From contig CAWAUM010000007.1 in the NCBI GenBank assembly GCA_963785235.1, positions 96,001 to 160,000 on the forward strand: DNA of 64,000 nt. The letters run 5' to 3'. The DNA comes from an uncultured delta proteobacterium. GTDB lineage: Bacteria > Desulfobacterota > Desulfomonilia > UBA1062. Position numbers and translations under genes: made by a program. Below, in pieces: positions 28,509 to 38,370 of this stretch; the first letter of the stretch is position 1, and each line of letters begins with the position of its first letter. The notes under the pieces were generated by a model. It saw only the letters and a program-made list of their open reading frames with translations, was not told the origin of the DNA and did not search any database.

Positions 28509-29642
28509 ATGGATGAGGAACGAACGGACTTGACAGAGAGCCAAAACACTGTCACCCCAGGCGGACAGCGGTTCGTCGTTATCTGGGCGGTCTGCCTGCT
28601 GCTCATGTATGTGGTGGGCGCTTCCTTCGGGGTAGCCAAACTCCGCGGCTATGCAGCAGAGTCTGCCAAAACCAGGGAGGCCCGGATTGCGTCTCCGACC
28701 ATGGAGCTGAACGCCAAGGCACCCGATCTTAAGTTCCCGTCCAGTGCAAGACAGGTGGATGTGCTGGTGGGGGGCAGCATCAACCGTATCGGGGAATTCT
28801 CCCTGAGGGAGTCGGCCATGACCGCAGACTTCAACCTCTGGTTCAGCTGGAACAGTGATGCGGTGAACCCGGGCAAGGGCTTCCGCATCGTGAACGGCCA
28901 GATCCTGCAGCAGGAGAACGTGGAGAGCTCCCACAGCGGCAAGGAGCACTATGCGGAGTATCGCATTGTGGCGCGGATGACGGAAGATTTCGACTCCTCT
29001 CGTTTCCCGTTCGGCGAAAATGGGCTGTTTATCCAGGTGGAGGATGACACCCATGGGGCAGAGGCCCTCCGCTATGTTGCGGACAAACAGGGAAGCAGGA
29101 TAGACCCTGAGGCAATGCCGCGCGGACTGAAGCTTACCAGGTTTCTGGCAGCCACCAAGACCGGCATCCACAAATCCGGGCAGAAAAGCCCCGGCCCTGC
29201 GGGCAATAATTGGAAGACCCGCTCCCAGTTCATCCTGGCCATGCTGGTAATGCCCGACGGCATAGGAATCTATCAGAAGTTGTTCCAGGCGCTCTTCGCC
29301 TCCGTTGCCGTGGCCCTGATCGCCCTGTTCATCAAGCCCACCCACGTCGACTGCCGCTTCGGGCTCCCGGTGGGCGGCTTCTTCACCAGCGTGGGCAACA
29401 ACATTTTTGTCGGCACGCTTCTGCCCCATTCAGACCGCCTCGCACTCACCGATATGGTGAACGCCACCGGCCTGTTCACCATCTTCTTTATCCTGCTTCA
29501 GTCGGTGATCTCGCTGCACATCTATGACACCATGGGCAACGAGCGGCTGTCCCGTTTCTTTGACCGGGTTTCATTCGCGGTGTTTCTGCTCGGGTACATG
29601 GCCGTCAACCTGGCCCTGCCCCTCGCGGCAAGGCCGTTATGA
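28509..29642 (+). CDS. Prokaryotic pentameric ligand-gated ion channel-like protein
   Basis: N-terminal TM anchor, beta-rich domain (TADFNLWFSW, FRIVNG, DFDSSRFPFGEN Pro-loop), then 4 TM helices with LTDMVN in the M3 position. Confidence 0.6.
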   Translation: MDEERTDLTESQNTVTPGGQRFVVIWAVCLLLMYVVGASFGVAKLRGYAAESAKTREARIASPTMELNAKAPDLKFPSSARQVDVLVGGSINRIGEFSLRESAMTADFNLWFSWNSDAVNPGKGFRIVNGQILQQENVESSHSGKEHYAEYRIVARMTEDFDSSRFPFGENGLFIQVEDDTHGAEALRYVADKQGSRIDPEAMPRGLKLTRFLAATKTGIHKSGQKSPGPAGNNWKTRSQFILAMLVMPDGIGIYQKLFQALFASVAVALIALFIKPTHVDCRFGLPVGGFFTSVGNNIFVGTLLPHSDRLALTDMVNATGLFTIFFILLQSVISLHIYDTMGNERLSRFFDRVSFAVFLLGYMAVNLALPLAARPL

Positions 29643-29732
29643 GAGGTGGTGCCATGACAACAGGATATCAAAATGACTGGTTCCGCTTCGATCAAGCAGG
29701 GTTGTTAGTAAACAAGAACAGGAGGTAGGACA

Positions 29733-30125
29733 ATGCCGGAGATTCGCGAATTGATGGAACTCGCTTCCCTGGGTGTAGAGATTCTGGCCGTGGTTATCAT
29801 GGTTTCCTTCATCGTCATCGGGACCACGCGATGGGTAGTTCAATCCACGAGGAAGCTCGGAGATGCCCCCGTGGAGAAGGTCAGAATTGCCTACGAGGGG
29901 TATCGCCTCATGCTCGGGAAATCGATGCTTGTCGGGCTCGAGCTCCTTGTGGCAGCCGACATCATCCGTACCGTGGCCCTCGATTTGACCCTGATAAATA
30001 TCGAACTGCTGGGGGCTCTCGTGGTGGTGCGGACCTTCCTGGGGTGGTCGATTGTTGTTGAGCTTGAGGGCCGCTGGCCTTGGCAGAAAAAGAAGGAATC
30101 AGGCTCCGCTACGGGTGTGGAGTAG
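29733..30125 (+). CDS. DUF1622 membrane protein
   Basis: LGKSMLVGLELLVAADIIRTV...RTFLGWS..VELEGRWPWQ. Confidence 0.85.
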   Translation: MPEIRELMELASLGVEILAVVIMVSFIVIGTTRWVVQSTRKLGDAPVEKVRIAYEGYRLMLGKSMLVGLELLVAADIIRTVALDLTLINIELLGALVVVRTFLGWSIVVELEGRWPWQKKKESGSATGVE

Positions 30126-30200
30126 GCAGAAGGAACTGCACCTTGATGTGAGAAGGCGAGAGAGAGACAAACGAGAGCACACAGAATAGAGAGGACTGCA

Positions 30201-30593
30201 ATGGAAGATATGCTAACGAGATTCTTTGAGAACCTGGCCGGCCGGGTGAGCGGGCCCATGAAATTCCGGTTGGTCCTCCAGCCGCTCATGGCAATCATTT
30301 TTGCCATCAAGGACATAAGGAAGGACGCCCGTGAAGGGCAACCGGCCTATTTATGGGCACTGTACACCGGTGCGGGGCACCGGCGAGACATTATGAAAAG
30401 CGGATGGAAGTCGGTGGGCAAGGTGTTCGTCCTCGCCATTGTCCTCGATGCGGTCTACCAGTATATACAGATCAGATGGTTCTACCCGGTCGAGGCCATG
30501 CTGGTGGCATTCATCCTGGCGATCATCCCCTACGTCGTGATCAGGGGTCCTATAAGCCGCCTCATGCCTAAAAAAGGAGGAAGCTATGAATGA
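30201..30593 (+). CDS. Conserved hypothetical membrane protein
   Basis: GPMKFRLVLQPLMA...GWKSVGKVF...D.VYQ...PY...RGP; hydrophobic helices. Confidence 0.7.
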   Translation: MEDMLTRFFENLAGRVSGPMKFRLVLQPLMAIIFAIKDIRKDAREGQPAYLWALYTGAGHRRDIMKSGWKSVGKVFVLAIVLDAVYQYIQIRWFYPVEAMLVAFILAIIPYVVIRGPISRLMPKKGGSYE

Positions 30594-31035
30594 AGAGAAC
30601 AATAACCAGACACCCAAGGATGCCCCGGGCAAGCCGGACAAACCAGGTGCCAAGCCCGGCGATGTCGCCACGAACCTCGCCATGGACCGGAACTACATGG
30701 CAGCTGAACGCACCCTCATGGCCTGGATCCGCACGGCACTTTCCATGATCAGCTTCGGGTTCACCATAGGCAAGCTCGGGCAGGTCGTGCGTTCCATTGA
30801 AGTGAAGAGTCTTCTTTTGGGTCATACCAGGATGTTGGGTGTGGAAAGCATTGCCTACTTTCTCGTTATCCTCGGGACCCTGGCGCTCCTCCTGGCCTCT
30901 ATTCAGCACCGGGTCCGCCTGTACCAGCTCTACGCCATGGGCCTCCGCCGCCAGATCAGCACCTCGTTCGTCGTGGCGGTGCTGCTGATCGTGGTGGGTG
31001 GTTTCGCGCTGAGCTCCCTGGTTATGGCGCTATGA
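30586..31035 (+). CDS. YidH/DUF202 membrane protein
   Basis: MAAERTLMAWIRTALSMISFGF signature. Confidence 0.88.
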   Translation: MNEENNNQTPKDAPGKPDKPGAKPGDVATNLAMDRNYMAAERTLMAWIRTALSMISFGFTIGKLGQVVRSIEVKSLLLGHTRMLGVESIAYFLVILGTLALLLASIQHRVRLYQLYAMGLRRQISTSFVVAVLLIVVGGFALSSLVMAL

Positions 31036-31181
31036 AATACGGATCACTGGATTCTAAGCTTCCGCGGGAATGGCAATCTCGGATGGTTGATGGATGAACA
31101 CAAGAGATGACAACAGGTATGAATCAAGGGTATTAAGATTGAATAACAACAGATAAAATAGCAGAAGAAAAAGGAGTAGAT

Positions 31182-31973
31182 ATGAGAAGGATACTTTTTG
31201 GAGCTTTGATTGCAGCGATGGTCGCTCTGTGTTCCGGCATGCCTTTATATGCCGAAGAAGGAACGGACAGCGCCTGGAAGGTGTCAGTGACGCCCTATGC
31301 CTGGCTTATCGGCATGAAAGGCACGGTGAAGGTCAAGGGACGCAGTGCAGATATGAACATGAATATGAGTGATGTCCTCGACAAACTGGATGCTGCGGCG
31401 ACTCTTCAGATCGAGGCGGGCAATAGTAAATGCGGCGTGTTTGTCCAGCCGAACTATATGAAGTTGTCTGAAGACGCCACCGCCACGTTGCCCGTTTCCG
31501 GTGCCGAGGTCAAAGCCGAGCTCACCATGACGTCCACGTTCATTGAATTCGGCGGGTTCTCCCGGCTTGTGGACATCAAGCGAGCCACCGGAGGGCACAA
31601 CACCATCGACCTACTCGGGGGCCTGCGGTACTGGGACATGTGCAACGAGGTGAAGTTGAAAGTTCCCGCTGCAGAGCTTAGCCGCAAGGCTGATAAGGAC
31701 CTAAATCTTCTTGACCCGTTCGTGGGACTGCGCATGAAGGCATACATGGCTGACAAGTGTCCTATACAGCCTGAGAGCGGATATCGGCGGGCTGAACACC
31801 GGATCGTCTTCCAACTTCACCTACAACCTCCTGGCGATGTTGGGCTACGATGTGACCCAAACATCACCATGTTCGGCGGGTATCGTGTCCTGTACTTAGA
31901 CTATGGCGGGTCAGAGGCCGGCTTTGATCTTATGAGCCATGGTCCGTTTGTGGGGGCACAGTTTACATTTTAA
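31182..31973 (+). CDS. Outer-membrane beta-barrel protein (compensated frameshifts near 31760-31860)
   Basis: Signal peptide, VTPYAWL, GGLRYW, DPFVGLR, GGYRVL, C-terminal AQFTF. Confidence 0.7.
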   Translation: MRRILFGALIAAMVALCSGMPLYAEEGTDSAWKVSVTPYAWLIGMKGTVKVKGRSADMNMNMSDVLDKLDAAATLQIEAGNSKCGVFVQPNYMKLSEDATATLPVSGAEVKAELTMTSTFIEFGGFSRLVDIKRATGGHNTIDLLGGLRYWDMCNEVKLKVPAAELSRKADKDLNLLDPFVGLRMKAYMADKCPIQPESGYRRAEHRIVFQLHLQPPGDVGLRCDPNITMFGGYRVLYLDYGGSEAGFDLMSHGPFVGAQFTF

Positions 31974-32074
31974 TTGTGCCGGATATATATTTGAAGAGTA
32001 TCTATGAGCCCCTGTCCAGGAGAACGGGGAAAAAGTATTATTCAAGAGAGACGTACAGCTCAGGAGGAAAATAA

Positions 32075-33382
32075 GTGAAGAATACGAGGATTTTTATCAG
32101 CATACTCCTACTGTGTGCACTGCCTGTGATGCTTGTGCATGCCCAGGACAGCGCGGAGGAACCGGCAAAGGCATCTGAGCCGAAGGTACTCTCGCTGCCC
32201 TATGCTTTTTACAATGACTCCTTCGGTGCTGCTGTGGGGTATGTGTATGGGGCAACAGGATACCCACAGAAACAGTCCACCGTGCTGGCGACAGCCATTG
32301 CGGGGACCAACAGCGCCCTCGCTTTCATCCTGCTTGCCCGGGACATCAGGGTGCCATATACCGAGCGGTTCTTCTTCGATACGGACCTCGCCATGATGAA
32401 ATACGGCACGATCCAGAGCTATATCAGCGGCAACCCTGATTTTCCGGATGAACGAGCGGGAAGCAACAATTCCGATGTGGACAACTACGTGGAAGGAGAT
32501 GGTGACGACAACCTGGTCCGTGTCAACTTCAAATACCTGCTCCCCATGGGCGGGGGTCGGGATCTGCCGTTGACTCCGTTGGTCCTGAAAAGAGGCCTGC
32601 CCATGGAGGGCTCCGGTGGAGGCGACTCCTGGAATCCGTTTCAGAGCGGGAAGACCTTCCTCGAGATGAAACCCTACTGGAGGGCGCAGACCATTAATTC
32701 CGACTACGACACCGTAAACACCGTAAAACAGAAGACCAATGGCAGCGCTTTCTCCATTTATCGGGACAATACGGATTTTCAGAGGAATCCTTCCCAGGGG
32801 AGCGCTGTGCGCGTGAGGTATACCAGGGACTGGGGATGGTCCGACAGTTCGCAGCCCTATGAGGTCGGTGATGTCGAGATCAGCAAGTACATCTCCCTTG
32901 GTTCGACCGAGACATTCAGGCGGCGTGTGCTGGCCCTTGATTTCTGGACCTCCAACGCGTTTTCGTGGGACAACACCAGCATGCAGGATGACAAGCGGGT
33001 CTTCAACAGGCCTCCTGCCTACCTTGGGTCAACTCTCGGCGGGACCTGGCGCCTGCGGGGTTTCCCCACATCACGCTTCAATGACCAGGCTGCGCTCTAC
33101 TATTCACTCGAATACAGGATCATTCCGGAGTGGAACCCCTTTGCCCATAGCGATTGGATGCGCAGATATCTCGGGATCGAGTGGTGGCAGTGGGTCACCT
33201 TTGCGGAGGCGGGCCGGGTGGCCCCGGCATGGACCGTGAGCGAGCTCCACAGCGCCATGAAGTGGGATGCAGGCATCGGGGTTCGTGCCATGGCCAAGGG
33301 CATCGTGGTCCGCGTGGACATGGCCGGGTCGAAGGAGGGGATGGGGGTCAGCATGATGGTGGGCCAGCCCTTCCAGTTCTAA
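32075..33382 (+). CDS. BamA/TamA-like (Omp85) outer-membrane barrel
   Basis: Signal peptide, LGGTWRLRGF...RFND, LEYR, FAEAGRV, GIGVR, terminal QPFQF. Confidence 0.75.
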   Translation: MKNTRIFISILLLCALPVMLVHAQDSAEEPAKASEPKVLSLPYAFYNDSFGAAVGYVYGATGYPQKQSTVLATAIAGTNSALAFILLARDIRVPYTERFFFDTDLAMMKYGTIQSYISGNPDFPDERAGSNNSDVDNYVEGDGDDNLVRVNFKYLLPMGGGRDLPLTPLVLKRGLPMEGSGGGDSWNPFQSGKTFLEMKPYWRAQTINSDYDTVNTVKQKTNGSAFSIYRDNTDFQRNPSQGSAVRVRYTRDWGWSDSSQPYEVGDVEISKYISLGSTETFRRRVLALDFWTSNAFSWDNTSMQDDKRVFNRPPAYLGSTLGGTWRLRGFPTSRFNDQAALYYSLEYRIIPEWNPFAHSDWMRRYLGIEWWQWVTFAEAGRVAPAWTVSELHSAMKWDAGIGVRAMAKGIVVRVDMAGSKEGMGVSMMVGQPFQF

Positions 33383-33471
33383 GGGGTACAGAAAACTTGT
33401 GGACAAGGCTGGAAATGGTTCCAGTCAGACAAATACTTAAGATCTGAAAGCAACAATAAAAGGAGGAATAT

Positions 33472-34146
33472 ATGAACCGATCAATGAGGTTAGCAATGGT
33501 AGCGGCATTGAGTCTGGCGCTGGCGATATCGGCCACAGGCTGCGCATCGTTCTCAAAGCAGTCGGGGTTTCTGGACGGTTATTACAAGAATCTGCAGCCG
33601 GGGCCGGAAGGCGGGGCAAAGCTGCGCTGGATGAAGCCGGGGGTTGATTTTTCAAAATATGACAAGGTGATGCTGGACAGCGTTCGCTTTTATCTTGCTG
33701 CAGACTCGGAAGACCTGGGCGTCGATCCTGAGCAGATGAAGGAACTCTCCGATGCCTTCAACAAGGAACTGGTGAATGCCCTGAAAGACAAGTACCCCAT
33801 AGTGGCAGAGCCTGCCCCTGGTGTTATTCGCATCAGGGTCGCCCTGACAGGGATCAAACAGAGCATGCCGGTCCTCAGTGGTGTCACCTCCATCGTACCC
33901 GTCGGTTTGGCCGTCAGCATTGTGAAGAAAGGCACCACGGGAGCATGGACAGGTTCGGGTGCCACGAGGGCGGAACTGATGGCAATCGATCCCATGAATA
34001 ATGATGAGGTGATCGGTGTTGCAGTCGATGAACAGTCTGCCGGGTTCACGGAAAGGTTTTCCAAGCTCGGGTCGGCCGAAGAGGCCTTCAAGTTCTGGGC
34101 AGGCAGGATCAGGATATTCCTGGATCAGGCACACGGCGTGAAGTAG
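33472..34146 (+). CDS. DUF3313 lipoprotein
   Basis: Lipobox ATGC, SGFLDGYY, YDKVMLD, FKFWAGRI. Confidence 0.8.
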   Translation: MNRSMRLAMVAALSLALAISATGCASFSKQSGFLDGYYKNLQPGPEGGAKLRWMKPGVDFSKYDKVMLDSVRFYLAADSEDLGVDPEQMKELSDAFNKELVNALKDKYPIVAEPAPGVIRIRVALTGIKQSMPVLSGVTSIVPVGLAVSIVKKGTTGAWTGSGATRAELMAIDPMNNDEVIGVAVDEQSAGFTERFSKLGSAEEAFKFWAGRIRIFLDQAHGVK

Positions 34147-34213
34147 TATGGTGAAGGCAGCCCTCCTGTATATGGCAACTGAAATTACCTGAACCTATAA
34201 GGAGGTGAACGGT

Positions 34214-34707
34214 ATGACCACAAACGCATCGCGGGCAGCAAACTTTTTGAGCGGCTATGCGAAGAAGGCAGCATTTATAGGGGGGCTGTCTGCACTCATA
34301 TGTGTCCTACTCATACAGGGTGTGCACATAAACCCGAAGCCCCACCGCAGCAAACCGTGGACAGGAAGGCCCTGGTCTATAAGGAGGTAGCCGATCCTGC
34401 ACGCGCTGAAAAGATTGTGGCACTCATGGATAAGCTGGAAGCCGAGATGAAGCTCCAGAGCGAGATAAACAAGCAGGGCCAGCAGACGATACTGATGCTC
34501 AATACCGACTACGACACAACCCCTGAGCAGCTTCAGAAGCAAATGGACGTCATACAAACATCCCGTTCCCAGAACAGACAGAGGATTCTGGATACCTACT
34601 TCCAGATAAAGGCGCTCATGACCCGGCAGGAATGGGAGGCCATTTCCAAGCCTGAGGACCAGATGCTCATGCAGATGATCAACAAGGCCAAGGTGCCGGT
34701 CAAGTAG
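34214..34707 (+). CDS. Hypothetical helical lipoprotein, frameshift near 34320
   Basis: LICVLLIQG|CAHKPE across the frameshift; C-terminal IKALMTRQEW resembles that of the next gene. Confidence 0.55.
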
Positions 34708-34782
34708 CATGAATGATCTGAATCACGAGGGATTTCAGGCGGCTTAAGCCGGAAGAGCCGGTATTGTGAACAGGAGGACCAC

Positions 34783-35220
34783 ATGGTTGCTTATTTAACA
34801 ACCCTTTATACAAGCATTTTCATATTCAGCGCAATGCTGGTAGGCCCATTCATGCCCGGCATATCGGTGGACGATTACGGCAGAATGGTTATGGACAGGG
34901 AAAAGGCACAGAAAGCAGTCGTGAAGGTGATCCCGCCAAAGAAAGCCGGGAACACCGAGCGGTGCAACACGGTATTGTCCCAGATAGACGAGATTGACAA
35001 GGTCGTGGATGAGTACAACTCCGGATTTATGAGGGATGGGACTGAGATCGTTAATCTCTACATGAAGTATGATTCGAAACCGGAAGATTTTCAGAGAGTA
35101 TTTACCCGGATGGATGAACTAAGGGAAAACGGACAGAGGAAGATCGTGACCGCACGCTTCAAGATGAAAGAGGTCATGACAGCAGAAGAGTGGAAAGCGA
35201 TATTCAATCAGAACGGATAA
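34783..35220 (+). CDS. Hypothetical helical exported protein
   Basis: RBS ggagg; hydrophobic N-terminus; YDSKPEDF and MKEVMTAEEW parallel YDTTPEQL and IKALMTRQEW in the preceding gene (distant paralogues). Confidence 0.6.
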   Translation: MVAYLTTLYTSIFIFSAMLVGPFMPGISVDDYGRMVMDREKAQKAVVKVIPPKKAGNTERCNTVLSQIDEIDKVVDEYNSGFMRDGTEIVNLYMKYDSKPEDFQRVFTRMDELRENGQRKIVTARFKMKEVMTAEEWKAIFNQNG

Positions 35221-35281
35221 ACCAGTGGTTCATTGAATGGTCAACATTGCTATAATAAAAAATATGAAAGTGAGGAAAAAC

Positions 35282-35767
35282 ATGAAGAGAAAAGGTATCA
35301 TCAAGGTCGTTGTTTTATCAGCAATGGTGCTGTTTATTTCAGGCATGGTCTGGGCCCAGCAGGGGGATGCCACTGCGGACAACATGCAGATCGTGCGTGA
35401 TAAGATCCAGGCGGACAAGAAGCTCCTTGTTGCAACGAACATGAACCTCACGGAAAATGAGGCAAAGGCTTTCTGGCCCGTGTACGACAGTTATCAGAAG
35501 GACCTGATCAAGCTGAACGACCGTACGCTCAAGAACATCAGCGACTATGCAGCCAATGTGGACAAGATGTCCGACGATATGGCGAAAAAGATCGTGAAGG
35601 AGCATCTGGCCATTGAAAGCGACAGGCAGAAACTGAAACAGTCTTACCTTTCCAAATTTGCAAAGGCCTTGCCGTACAAGAAGGTGATGCGCTATTACCA
35701 GGTGGAAAACAAGATATTTGCAGTCGTCTATTACGAGGCTGCCAAGCAGATCCCGCTGGTTGATTAA
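35282..35767 (+). CDS. Conserved exported hypothetical protein
   Basis: Signal peptide; MNLTENEAKAFWPVYDSYQ...RYYQVENKI...IPLV. Confidence 0.7.
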   Translation: MKRKGIIKVVVLSAMVLFISGMVWAQQGDATADNMQIVRDKIQADKKLLVATNMNLTENEAKAFWPVYDSYQKDLIKLNDRTLKNISDYAANVDKMSDDMAKKIVKEHLAIESDRQKLKQSYLSKFAKALPYKKVMRYYQVENKIFAVVYYEAAKQIPLVD

Positions 35768-35818
35768 TAACTATCTGCGGAGTTTTCTGCCATGAGGTGA
35801 TTGCGGAACGTTAAAAAC

Positions 35819-35930
35819 CGTCATCACCGCGAAAGAAGCCGGCGAAAAAGGTGTTTATCCTGTCGTCCCGCGAAAGCGGGGACGACAGGAATCCCGAAAA
35901 AGACTGGATTCCCGCTTCCGCGGGAATGAC
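35819..35930. repeat. REP-like palindromic element cluster (GTCATTCCCGCGnAAGCGGGAATCCAG family)
   Basis: Hairpin tgtcgtcccgc-gaaa-gcggggacgaca (35861-35887) and inverted unit ctggattcccgcttccgcgggaatgac (35904-35930); a degenerate copy lies at 31047-31074. Confidence 0.7.
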
Positions 35931-36022
35931 AATGAAAAACATGACACATGAAAAATAAATCGCCTTAAGGGGTGAAAGAAGTAGTTCACAGGAATGAGAT
36001 CCGGGGATGACAGGAGTATTAC

Positions 36023-38268
36023 ATGATTGTCTCAAAGAGGAACAGCGTGCACAACAAAGTATGGCGGATAATCATTCTTGCAGCCCTGGTGGCAGCCATG
36101 ACATCTCCAGCAACCCTCACTGCCCAGGAAACACCCGCACACCCCAGGATCGGTCTTGTGCTCAGCGGCGGTGGCGCCAGGGGTGCAGCCCACGTGGGGG
36201 TGCTCAGGGTCCTGGAGGAGCTGCATGTGCCCATATACTGCATCGTGGGCACGAGCATGGGTTCCATCGTTGGAGGTCTTTACTCTACGGGCATGCCGCT
36301 GGATGAACTGGAACAGATAGCAGTCAAGACCGACTGGGAAGGGCTCTTCGCAGACAAAATCCCCCGAGAAGAGGTGAACTTCCGCAATAAGACCGACTGG
36401 CCAAATTATGTCGGCAGTATCGATGTGGATCTCAGCAAGGGAATAACCCTGCCCAAAGGGCTCATCACCGGGAAACGGCTTGACCTGATGCTACGCTCCT
36501 TGACATTGACCGCACCGAATGACTTCAACGACTTCCCTATTTCCTACCGGGCAATTGCGACTGATATCGAAACCGGAAACTATGTCGTGCTCTCCAAGGG
36601 AGATCTGGCCAGGTCATTGCGTGCAAGCATGGCCATCCCCGGGGCCTTTGCCCCGGTGGAGATCGACTCGAAGCTGCTGGTGGACGGCGGCATGGCCAAT
36701 AATATGGCCGTAGATGTAGCCAAACAGATGGGGGCTGATGTCGTGATCGCGGTGAACATCGGCACGCCGCTGAGCACCCGCGAGAATCTGGACAGCTTCC
36801 TTGGAATTATCGATCAGATCACCAACATCATGACCAACAGAAATGTCGCTGCCCAGATAAGCATCCTCGGGCCTAATGACACGCTTCTCACCCCGGAGCA
36901 TGGGGGCCGTTACCACTGCCAGCTTCGACAAGATGGGAGAGGCCATCGAGATCGGGGCCAGGGCCGCCCGCGAAGTCTCAGACGGGCTCAGCCGTTATTC
37001 CGTGAGCGAGGACGCATACCGGGCCATCCGTGAACAGCAGCTCAAGAAGGCCAGACCTCTGGGAAAGATCGAGTTCGTGAAGACCGGACCAGAAGTCCGT
37101 TTATGGCTCCGGCCTCCTCTTCAACGCCATCACGAAGAGTGCAAGCAATGTCATGAACAAGGATGTCCTGGCCTATGACATCTTCGAGCTCTACAAACGG
37201 GGTGATTTTGAGGATATCGATTTCACGCTCATAGAGGAAGACGGGAAACAGGGCGTGCTCATCAAAACAAAGAAACAGGAGAAGACCAGCCACACGATAG
37301 ATCTGGGACTGGAACTGTCGGGTACTTTCCAGAGAGACAACAGTTTCCGTGTGCTCGCCCGATATCAGGCCTCCAATCTGAACGGCCTCGGTGGCCAGTG
37401 GAAGAACGAGGTCTGGCTGGGGCAGAGCAGCAGGTTCTTTACCGAGTTTTACCAGCCGCTGAACCCGTTCCCCTGGCATTTATTCATTGCACCCTACGGC
37501 GAATACCGTAACTACCCGGTGGATCTGTACCTGAATTACAAGGATACCAATGCATTTGCCCAATACCGGATTGCAAAGACAAACGCAGGGGTCGACCTCG
37601 GGTTTCAGCTCGGTGAATACGGTGAGACGAGGATCGGTTATCTCAGAGGAACCGCGAAATCCAACCTCCAGACCGGAATACCGACGCTGCCTGATCAGAA
37701 CAATGACGAAGGCGCTTACCGGGTCGCCCTGAAATTCGATCAGCTGGACAGCCCCTTTTTCCCAAGGCAGGGCAGCCTGCTGGCCGCCAACTATATCTAT
37801 GGCCGTGAACATCTCGGTTCTGATGAGGACTATGAATCGGTTCAAACCACCATGGTAAAGCCCTTTTCCTACGGCGATCATACGATCCTGCTCCGCGGCA
37901 GGTTCGATACGAACTTTAATTCTACCAGGTCACTGGCAAGGGGATCCTTCCTTGGAGGGTTTTTAAACCTGTCAGGCCTGAACAAGGATCAGATTTTCGG
38001 GAATACCAATGCGTTGGGCGAGGTCATATACTTTGCCAGGATACTCAAGCTCTCCAAGCTGGTCGGTTCGGCCATATACGCAGGTGCCTCCTTTGAGGCG
38101 GGAAACGCATGGGTGCAGAGATCGGATGTCAGTTCCGGCGACCTCATCTATGCAGGCAGCGTCTTTATGGGCATCGATTCGAACATCGGCCCCATCTATA
38201 TCGGGCTCGGCCATGCCGAGGGCAATATGACGGCAATCTATTTTTCACTGGGGGCCAAACAGTTCTAG
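36023..38268 (+). CDS. Patatin-like phospholipase fused to an Omp85 barrel (PlpD/type Vd-like), frameshifted
   Basis: GGGARG, GTSMG and DGG patatin motifs; barrel with DQLDSPFFPRQG, LGGFLNLSG and terminal LGAKQF. Pieces at 36023..37033, 36876..37178 and 37153..38268. Confidence 0.85.
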
Positions 38269-38370
38269 CGTCTACTTCTCAAACTACATGACATGTCATG
38301 AAAAAATATCTTGCCTGGACCAGGACGGAAAGACTGCCGGCTGGATTTCACACAAAGGAGCGTGAAGGGC

